A DNA stretch of 40,179 nt, taken from IMG/VR virus record IMGVR_UViG_3300038393_001247, positions 1 to 40,179 of that record; one strand, written 5' to 3'. Below the pieces are notes generated by a model, which made no database searches, was not told the DNA's origin, and saw only the letters and a list, made by a program, of their open reading frames with translations. This stretch comes from a virus (Duplodnaviria; Caudoviricetes). Shown here piece after piece: positions 33,630 through 40,179 of the stretch. Position numbers and translations under genes: made by a program. The stretch's first letter is position 1, and each line of letters begins with the position of its first letter.

Positions 33630-34808
33630 TCAGGTGGTGGCGACTTCGGCGGGTTCGGGCTTCACCGCGACCCAGACGCCCTGCTCCTCGTCGAGGCGGA
33701 CGTGCGGGTTGTCGTCGATGTCGAAGGCGATCCCGAAGTTCTTCGCCACGTTCAGGCCGGCGGCCAGCTTCAGGGCTGCGAGCGAGGGCTGCTCGGCGTT
33801 CCGCTTGCGGATCGCGGCGTCGTAGTCGGCCTGCCACTTCTCCGGGTCGTGGCCGGCGGACTTGGCCGCCTCCCACGCGAACTCGCCGATCTCGCCCGAG
33901 TCGAGCTCGTCGGCGGTGTCGGTGACGACGGCCTGGGCGGCGCGCGGGTCGACCTGGTAGAGGGCGTCGAGGTAGCGGTAGGCCATCCAGTCGGCGACCC
34001 CGGCGTGGATGAAGGCGTAGAAGGCTTCGCGGTCCTCGTCGAAGTGAGTGACGTCGAAGGACTGACTCGTCGACCGGAGCACGCCCCGTAGCAGTCCGGC
34101 CGCGGTCTCCTGCGCGTCCGTGGTGACCTCGTACCGCGGGCGCTTCTCGGCAGGCATGGCCGTCATGTCGGCGTCCTTGGACCCCGCGGCGAGCGTCCAG
34201 TACCAGGAGTTGTAGGCGGTCGCGAACGACTCCTGCAGGGCGCTGGGTGCACGACGGACGGGCATCTGGGCGCCGATGAAGTCCTCACCGAAGAACATGG
34301 CCGGCTTCTCATCGGAGGTGAACCGGACACGGAGGATGTGGCCCGTCTCACCGAAGCGCTGAAGCAGTTCGGAGTTGAGGGCGGGGAACAACTCCCCGTC
34401 GATGGTCTGGTCGACGGCCTTACGAAGGATGCCGCGCCAGTCGGGAAACTCCAGGCCGACGCTGACCGCGAGGTTGAAGCTGGTCTGTGGTCCCTCGAAG
34501 ATGAGCCGCGGCCCGGCCGAGGCGATGGTGACCCACTCCTCGCCCTTCATGGCGCCGACCCACTCCCGCAGCGGCTGCAGGTACTTGGCGGGGATGGTGC
34601 GGGCGAAGGGCTCCTGGTCCTCCTCGCCGTGGCTGAGTCCGTAGCGGGCGACGGCCATGGTGAAGCGGTCAGAGGCGACCGCGTAGAGGTAGCGGGAGTC
34701 GACGTCAAGGCGGATGCCGTGCAACTGCTCGATGTACTCGCTGCCGATGTGGCCGTGGGTCTGGTCGATGAGCCGACCGAGCTGGTGGGCGTTGATCGTG
34801 ATGGACAC
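33630..34808 (-). CDS. Protein with N-terminal DNA polymerase III beta-clamp-like region
   Basis: LHGIRLD...AVASDRFTMAV...EFPDWRGIL...GAQMPVR resembles DnaN domains; GTG start with AGGAG. Confidence 0.6.
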   Translation of the reverse strand: MSITINAHQLGRLIDQTHGHIGSEYIEQLHGIRLDVDSRYLYAVASDRFTMAVARYGLSHGEEDQEPFARTIPAKYLQPLREWVGAMKGEEWVTIASAGPRLIFEGPQTSFNLAVSVGLEFPDWRGILRKAVDQTIDGELFPALNSELLQRFGETGHILRVRFTSDEKPAMFFGEDFIGAQMPVRRAPSALQESFATAYNSWYWTLAAGSKDADMTAMPAEKRPRYEVTTDAQETAAGLLRGVLRSTSQSFDVTHFDEDREAFYAFIHAGVADWMAYRYLDALYQVDPRAAQAVVTDTADELDSGEIGEFAWEAAKSAGHDPEKWQADYDAAIRKRNAEQPSLAALKLAAGLNVAKNFGIAFDIDDNPHVRLDEEQGVWVAVKPEPAEVATT

Positions 34809-34874
34809 GAAGTCTCCTGTGGTGGAGGCCGGCCAGGCGGGAGCGTTCACCGCCGGGCCGGACGAAGGGATGGG

Positions 34875-35267
34875 TCAGACGGCGCTGGGGTTGAGGGCTT
34901 CGCGCAGGGTGCGGACGTCGATGCCAGCGGGCTCGGTGCGCTGCTCGTCTTCCTCGTCGAGGTCCCGGTGCATCGGCGGCAGCGTGATCGCGTGCTCGTT
35001 GTCCACGCGGGCCTTGAGGGCGAGGTAGCGGGCCTCGTTGTCCTCGGCCTTCTCCTCGGCCAGGAGCCGGAGTTGGCGTTCGACGGACACGTCGACCGCG
35101 TCCGCCTCGAGCTGGCGGATGCGCTCGTCGCGGCGGTGAGCCGCCTTGTCCAGCTCGGCGATGACGCCCTCCAGGCGGAGGACCTCGGCGCGGGCGGCGT
35201 CGCGGTCGTGGCGGCAGTGGGCGCGGGTGTAGCGGCGCAGGCCGGTACCGGCGAGTGGGTTCCTCAT
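34875..35267 (-). CDS. Hypothetical coiled-coil protein
   Basis: TGATG coupling; heptad pattern. Confidence 0.65.
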   Translation of the reverse strand: MRNPLAGTGLRRYTRAHCRHDRDAARAEVLRLEGVIAELDKAAHRRDERIRQLEADAVDVSVERQLRLLAEEKAEDNEARYLALKARVDNEHAITLPPMHRDLDEEDEQRTEPAGIDVRTLREALNPSAV

Positions 35268-35551
35268 CAGAGCCACGACCCGTCGAGCTCGTCGGCCACG
35301 TCCAGCGGGTCTTCACCGGCGCCCTGGCACGGCTCGCACTCGCCGCACCCGTACCAGATGCCGTCGATGAACTCGCCACCGCAGTCGTCGGGGTCGCCGG
35401 CCTCGGCGGCACGGGCCGCCTCGTCTGCGTCTTCGCGGAGGGCGCGTGCCTCGTCCTCGGCGTCGAGGTGGTACTCGGCGCGGCGGTCGTCCTCGGCCAG
35501 CTCGTCGGCGCTCATCACGTCGTGGATGGACAGGTCGTCGTAGTAGCTCAC
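35267..35551 (-). CDS. Acidic Cys-containing hypothetical protein
   Basis: GTGA coupled; very D/E-rich with GCGECEPC. Confidence 0.65.
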   Translation of the reverse strand: MSYYDDLSIHDVMSADELAEDDRRAEYHLDAEDEARALREDADEAARAAEAGDPDDCGGEFIDGIWYGCGECEPCQGAGEDPLDVADELDGSWL

Positions 35552-35751
35552 GGTCGATCCCCCTGGGTGGTGATCAGGTACAGGTCGTCGGGGACGTCGA
35601 TGAAGCCGGCCTTGATGGAGGCGATGAGGTCCGGGTCGCTGATCCACGCGGGGACCGGGCGGGGAGTGATGCCGAGGCCGCGAAGCAGGCCGGGCATCAG
35701 GACCGGGTCTGCGGTCTCCGGCATCGGCGGCAGGTCGTCCAGGGCGGTCAT
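35548..35751 (-). CDS. Hypothetical protein
   Basis: ATGA coupled; MTALDDLPPMP. Confidence 0.6.
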   Translation of the reverse strand: MTALDDLPPMPETADPVLMPGLLRGLGITPRPVPAWISDPDLIASIKAGFIDVPDDLYLITTQGDRP

Positions 35752-36563
35752 GAGCTCACCGCTTGGCGGGCGGCCGCGTCGTCGCTGGCGTACTCGGCCA
35801 ACAGCTGCTGTACGTCGGTGAGGCGGCCGTGCTCGGCGACGGCGCACAGCGTGGATACGAGGCCGCGGAGCATGTCCGTCTCGCCGGGGTACGCCTCGCT
35901 GGGAGTGGCATCGGCCGCGGGGCGGCTGCTCTTCTCCTCGTCGATCGGCGTGACGAGCTGCTGCAGGCCGTACTTCCTGATGCGGTCGTAGCGGGCGATG
36001 CCCCAAACGATCGCGTGGCAGGCCCACAAGAACGAGTGGTCGTAGTCGTGGAAGTCCCACTCCCACACGTCCTTGAACTCGTACCCCCTGAAGGCGAAGT
36101 CCTCGAGCACGTTCCTGGCCGTGTGCTCGTCGCCCAGGTCTTCGTTCAGCACCCAGGTCCGCAGGTGCTTCCCGGTACCGGCGGGCACTCCGCCCCACTT
36201 GGCGTCCTCGACGAACTGCTCGACGACACGCTGGCGGAACAGCTCCTCGGAGTACGCCTTGACGGAGCTTCGTCCACCGCCGAGCTTCTCGGCCCAGTAG
36301 TGGGGGTTGATGCCCCACCCACGGTCGGAGCGGAAGAACTCGAACATGTCGGGCAGACGCGTGAAGACGTAGTCCGTGCCGACGTCACCGACCATGGCGA
36401 GACGCCCGGGCCACGTGATCAGGTCGAACCAGTACTCGCCGTAGCCACGCGGGTTGCTGGTGAACCGAAGGTGCCGGTAAAGGCCCTCGTCGTGCAGCAC
36501 GGTCATCGTGTGCTTGGCGGTGTCCCTCGCGAACCGCTCGGCGACCTCGGGGTAGTCGCTCAC
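35748..36563 (-). CDS. Conserved phage hypothetical protein
   Basis: HDEGLYRHLRF...FDLITWPG...DMFEFFR...YWAEK motif family. Confidence 0.8.
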   Translation of the reverse strand: MSDYPEVAERFARDTAKHTMTVLHDEGLYRHLRFTSNPRGYGEYWFDLITWPGRLAMVGDVGTDYVFTRLPDMFEFFRSDRGWGINPHYWAEKLGGGRSSVKAYSEELFRQRVVEQFVEDAKWGGVPAGTGKHLRTWVLNEDLGDEHTARNVLEDFAFRGYEFKDVWEWDFHDYDHSFLWACHAIVWGIARYDRIRKYGLQQLVTPIDEEKSSRPAADATPSEAYPGETDMLRGLVSTLCAVAEHGRLTDVQQLLAEYASDDAAARQAVSS

Positions 36564-36916
36564 GCGGCCACGTCCTCGCGGTCGCGCGGGGCGTTCAGCA
36601 TGTCGTCCGTCAGCAGGATGCCGTGGGCGCTGATCTCGACGTGGAGGCCGTCATGAACACCTGCGGCCTGGATCCACGAGCCGTGGCCATTGGGCTCCAG
36701 CTCCACGGCGTCGGAGTGAATTCCGAGGGTGACGCGCCACTGCTCGAAGGCGGTGGGCGTCGACAGCTGGAGGCCGACGGTGGAGGGCTTACCCCTCCAG
36801 GGCTGGTGAATGACGATGTACGCCGCGGGCAGCTCGGGGTGCTGGCTCATCAGCCGGTCGAGCATCTGCACGGCCGAGTGCTGGACGCTGACGCGAGCGG
36901 TAATCTGTGCGGTCAC
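36560..36916 (-). CDS. Hypothetical early protein
   Basis: GAGG RBS; GTGA coupling. Confidence 0.7.
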   Translation of the reverse strand: MTAQITARVSVQHSAVQMLDRLMSQHPELPAAYIVIHQPWRGKPSTVGLQLSTPTAFEQWRVTLGIHSDAVELEPNGHGSWIQAAGVHDGLHVEISAHGILLTDDMLNAPRDREDVAA

Positions 36917-37003
36917 GGTGACCTCGGCTTTCTGGTTGGTTGGGGCGCCGGTCGGGGGTCGCCAGGCCGGGCAAGTCGGGCGGCCCTTCGGCGCGTTCAG
37001 GGG

Positions 37004-37276
37004 TCAGGCCGACAGCGGCTCGACGGCGCCGAGCGCGTTCTGCCGGCGCAGGTCCTCGGCGGTGAAGGTGATCCGGCCACCGTCGCGGTGGTGGAACACC
37101 TCGCGCCGGTAGCAGCGCTCCTTGAGGACGCGGACGCTGCGGTACGGCAGCAGCTGCAGTGCGACGACCTCTTCGGGCGTCCAGCGCCGGAATTCGGCGC
37201 CGTCCTGCTGCTGCGGGAGCGCGGTGGGGGTGCGCTTCTTCGTGGGGGCTATGCGCTTCGTGGCCTTGGCGGTCAC
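37004..37276 (-). CDS. Excisionase / recombination directionality factor (HTH_17-like)
   Basis: WTPEEVV...VRVLKERCYRREV.HHRDGGRITFTAEDL; directly after Cro. Confidence 0.65.
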   Translation of the reverse strand: MTAKATKRIAPTKKRTPTALPQQQDGAEFRRWTPEEVVALQLLPYRSVRVLKERCYRREVFHHRDGGRITFTAEDLRRQNALGAVEPLSA

Positions 37277-37485
37277 GGCTTCGTCTCCTTGTGGATGATG
37301 AGTTCCTCCGGGACCTGGAGGGCTTCGGCAACCTTCCGGACCTGCTCAGAGCCGACGTCCCGAATCTGCTCACGTTCCAGGCGGGACAGGTATCCGCGAT
37401 TCAGGCCAGTTTGAGCTTCCAGCTCAGGAAGGCTCATATCTCTGCCTTGTCGGATGCCTCTGATCATTGGTCCGTTGGGCTTCAC
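37273..37485 (-). CDS. Cro-like XRE regulator
   Basis: IRGIRQGRDMSLPELEAQTGLNRGYLSRLER; divergent from the repressor; TTGCCT-18-CAGATT promoter 6 nt upstream of GTG. Confidence 0.85.
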   Translation of the reverse strand: MKPNGPMIRGIRQGRDMSLPELEAQTGLNRGYLSRLEREQIRDVGSEQVRKVAEALQVPEELIIHKETKP

Positions 37486-37689
37486 ACAGAGAATCTGAGC
37501 ACACACTCACCACGAAGGCAAGCACTCTGCCTACATTCTGAGCACGATTGCTTGGCCTTTGGCATATGCCGCATGGCGCTGCATTGAGCCGTATGCAACC
37601 GATGGGGCGCAAAGTGCTGAATAATGCCCAGGTCACGCCGCGAAATCTGAGCTATCGGCATGCAACGAGGTGTGCCAAGATGTGGATTT
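37486..37689. promoter_or_regulatory. Lysis-lysogeny switch region with divergent promoters and repeated operators
   Basis: AT-richer; A(A/T)TCTGAGC at about 37492, 37535 and 37644; GGCATATGCC palindrome at 37561. Confidence 0.65.
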
Positions 37690-38214
37690 ATGGATGAGGC
37701 AACCCGTCGACTGGGCAGCGCGCTGCAAGCCGCGCGAGAGGGACGTCGGCCGAAGCTCACCCAGCCCGAGGCGGCTGAGCAGCTGGGCGTCAGCCGCACC
37801 ACCGTGCAGAACATCGAGGCCGGGAAGTTCAGCAAGGTCAACTCCACGATCCGCGAGTACGCCCGGCTCCTCGAGTGGGACGAGCAGCGAATCGACCGGG
37901 AGCTGGCGGGCCAGACGCAAGAAGTGGTGGACCTGGACGAGGCCGCCGGCGCCGAGGGCTCGCCGGACCAGGGCGCAGCAGGCCTCGGCTTGTCCCCCGC
38001 TATCGAGTACGAGTTGCGCAGCTCGGAGACTCTCGACTCGACGGTGATCAACCTTGGGCCGGACGAGGACGACGGTCACGTCATCGTCGTCCTTCAGGGC
38101 CGCAAGGGCGCCACGCCGGAAGAGGTCGCTCGCATTGCCGCGCGGTACCGGAAGGCGAGGCGTGTCCTGCAAGGGCTTGCCGCCGAGCCGGACGACGATG
38201 TTGCAGACTCCTGA
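37690..38214 (+). CDS. CI-like immunity repressor (XRE HTH)
   Basis: LTQPEAAEQLGVSRTTVQNIEAG HTH; divergent from Cro, upstream of integrase. Confidence 0.85.
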   Translation: MDEATRRLGSALQAAREGRRPKLTQPEAAEQLGVSRTTVQNIEAGKFSKVNSTIREYARLLEWDEQRIDRELAGQTQEVVDLDEAAGAEGSPDQGAAGLGLSPAIEYELRSSETLDSTVINLGPDEDDGHVIVVLQGRKGATPEEVARIAARYRKARRVLQGLAAEPDDDVADS

Positions 38215-38313
38215 TTGGTGCTCACGAGGTAGGTGCGGTTAAACCGTTCGTGTGGTTGCATGCACTTACCGTCACCGAGAGGGGGGCACCACTCGGCGGA
38301 ACGGAGCATCACC

Positions 38314-38727
38314 ATGCTCATGATTGAGGTGAAGCGGCACCCCCGGGACGAGGCGTACTTCGAGCCCTGGATCGAAGACTTCGAAGACGGCAGTGGATGC
38401 CGGTTTCACTTCCACTGGGACGACATCAGCGACGAGGGCGCGGACGTCTTCCGGGAAGTGTTTACCGAGCAGGCGAAGCGGTGGGGACCGCGGCCTGCTG
38501 AAGCGCCGCGCGGCCGGCGCATCCCGGTCACAATGGAGCGCAAGCCCGTCATGCCCTACGGCGTGGCGGTCGCGGTTAACGACACGGCGGAGTACATCGC
38601 CTACACGGTGCGCGCCGACCTCATCTCTGAGTGCGGCGCCCGGGTCATCACCCGTCGCCAGTCCGAGCGGTCACCCGACTGGGAGCGCAGGCCGGTCCAG
38701 TACCGAGCCCAGCTGCGGGCGGTGTAG
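38314..38727 (+). CDS. Hypothetical protein between repressor and integrase, internally duplicated
   Basis: GGAG RBS; halves DDISDEGA..W.PRP and DLISECGA..W.RRP. Confidence 0.7.
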   Translation: MLMIEVKRHPRDEAYFEPWIEDFEDGSGCRFHFHWDDISDEGADVFREVFTEQAKRWGPRPAEAPRGRRIPVTMERKPVMPYGVAVAVNDTAEYIAYTVRADLISECGARVITRRQSERSPDWERRPVQYRAQLRAV

Positions 38728-38756
38728 AGCGGGGCGACGACGAGCAAGGAGGCCGC

Positions 38757-40061
38757 GTGGCATACGCGGAGAAGGTCTACAAGGTCCGCAACGGGGTGAA
38801 GACGAAGCAGTTCACCTGGCGGGTCAAGTACAGGGCCCCGGCCGGGCACATCCCGGAGGAGCTGTCCAAGTCCGGCTTCGCCACGAAGAAGTTGGCGGAG
38901 GACTGGGGGAACGAGCAGGAGCGGCTGATCCGGGAGGGGACCTGGATCGATCCCTCGAAGAGCACGGCGACGTTCGGCGAGTTCGCCCGCACGTTCATGG
39001 CGTCGCGGAAGAAGCGCGGGCGGACGACGGGCACGCGCTGGGACAAGCTGGAGAACCACATCCTGCCGCGCTGGGACGGCGTCCCGCTCCGGAAGATCAG
39101 CTGGTTCGACGTCGACACCTGGCAGCAGACGACGGACATCGAGGACGTCAGCCGCGGGCACTGCGTCAGCCTGATGTCGACCATCATGACCGCGGCCGTG
39201 GACGCCGGATACATCACGGTGAACCCGCTCTTCGGCCGGCGGCGGACGAAGGACACGTCCGGCGATGCGGCCAGGCCGAAGGCGCCGAAGATCCAGCGGG
39301 ATGGCGGGCCGCGGCCGGAGGACGCCGTCCTCCTGGCGGAGCGCCTCGGGCCGGCGGTCGGTGTCCACGTGCTCACCACGGCCTTCGGGGGGCTGCGGTG
39401 GGGCGAGGGCCTCGGACTGCACCGGGACAACACGCTGCTGACCCGGCGCCAGCCGTGGGGGTCGGGTGAGTTCGTGTGCCCGATCCTGCGCATCAAGGAG
39501 GAGTACGCCGAGTACCAGGAGCGCGACGAGCACGGCAACAAGAAGGGCTACGTCCTCAAGCTGGAGCCGACGAAGAACGACGGCTCGACGCGCGACGTCG
39601 ACGTACCGCCGTTCCTCGCGCTGCTGCTGCGATACCACCTCGATGACTGGCGGCATGAACGTATCTTCGCGACGCCATCGGGTACGCCGTGGCGGCGCGG
39701 GAACTGGTCGCGCACCTTCCGGCCCGCAGCGGACGGGCGCGAGGAGCGCGAGAAGCGGCGAGGGGTGGCGTACCGGGCGGCGTGGGAACCGATCCTGCCG
39801 GGCCTCGACATGCGGGCCCTGCGCGCGCTGCACGACACGCTGCAGTCGGAGCTCGGCGTGAAGGAGCCGCTCGCCTTCGAGGCGGCCGGCCACCGGCGCC
39901 CCGGCATCAAGCGGCACTACCAGAAGCCGACCCCGGCGATGCGCGCCGAGCGGCTCGAGGGACTGGAGGAGACTTTCTGGCGGGCCATGCGTAACGTGGG
40001 TCTCAGCACGTTGTGGGGTCGAGTCGACCTCCAGAAGCGGTCGGTGGAGTCGACCTCCTAA
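38757..40061 (+). CDS. int: Tyrosine integrase
   Basis: AAGGAGG RBS and GTG; arm-binding SKSGFATKK; GLRWGE (R), PTKN (K), RALR, GH and HY catalytic boxes; adjacent tRNA-derived attP. Confidence 0.92.
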   Translation: MAYAEKVYKVRNGVKTKQFTWRVKYRAPAGHIPEELSKSGFATKKLAEDWGNEQERLIREGTWIDPSKSTATFGEFARTFMASRKKRGRTTGTRWDKLENHILPRWDGVPLRKISWFDVDTWQQTTDIEDVSRGHCVSLMSTIMTAAVDAGYITVNPLFGRRRTKDTSGDAARPKAPKIQRDGGPRPEDAVLLAERLGPAVGVHVLTTAFGGLRWGEGLGLHRDNTLLTRRQPWGSGEFVCPILRIKEEYAEYQERDEHGNKKGYVLKLEPTKNDGSTRDVDVPPFLALLLRYHLDDWRHERIFATPSGTPWRRGNWSRTFRPAADGREEREKRRGVAYRAAWEPILPGLDMRALRALHDTLQSELGVKEPLAFEAAGHRRPGIKRHYQKPTPAMRAERLEGLEETFWRAMRNVGLSTLWGRVDLQKRSVESTS

Positions 40062-40179
40062 ATTCCTCCTAAACGATCACTCGCCGTGCAACCGCAGCCT
40101 TCACCATCAGCACGTATCCCGGATTGAAGCGCCATTCTCCTAAAGCGGGTGTCGCAGGTTCGAATCCTGCCGGGGGCAC

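Larger units (their letters stand above)
1..40179. mobile_element. Complete temperate siphovirus genome (actinophage, probably Streptomyces), circular attP-containing form, carrying a TraB-type conjugation cassette
   Basis: Full set of integrase, repressor, replication, packaging, head, tail and lysis genes; identical 127 bp at both ends; intact attP. Confidence 0.95.

Noticed and set aside
40053-40179. Terminal repeat as attL/attR or a physical terminal repeat
   Set aside because: It contains phage-side arm sequence and the integrase stop in both copies, and its length is exactly 127; it is best explained as circular assembly overlap
1-40179. bldA-dependent TTA codons, DGR/reverse transcriptase, known defence systems
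   Set aside because: Spot checks found no in-frame TTA in the called genes, and no RT or defence motifs were recognised; the scan was by eye and not exhaustive

Overview
The window is a complete temperate siphovirus genome of about 40,052 bp from a high-GC actinomycete, most likely Streptomyces. It is assembled as a circle: bases 1-127 equal 40053-40179, and an intact attP carries the 3' half of a tRNA-Arg(CCT). Almost all genes are on the minus strand: Cro and Xis, early and replication genes with an iteron-bearing initiator, HNH and terminase, HK97-type head, tail, and a lysis cassette. The CI-like repressor and a tyrosine integrase are on the plus strand. The stand-out feature is a 5.2 kb Streptomyces plasmid/AICE-type conjugation cassette (about 22870-28070) between the early and packaging genes. 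It holds a small repressor, Spd-like membrane proteins, an intact TraB-like FtsK/SpoIIIE DNA translocase and a CTAG-rich clt-like repeat locus, and it appears to separate the Zn-finger and HTH halves of the putative late activator. This suggests a phage that may spread both as virions and by hyphal conjugation. Other points of interest are a secreted GH43-like hydrolase between tail and lysin, two paralogous tail-tube genes, a -1 frameshift chaperone, a LexA-like box near attP, complementary hairpin loops in the transfer operon, and a DUF3310-WDGH fusion. All family calls come from motif recognition by eye; no searches were run.
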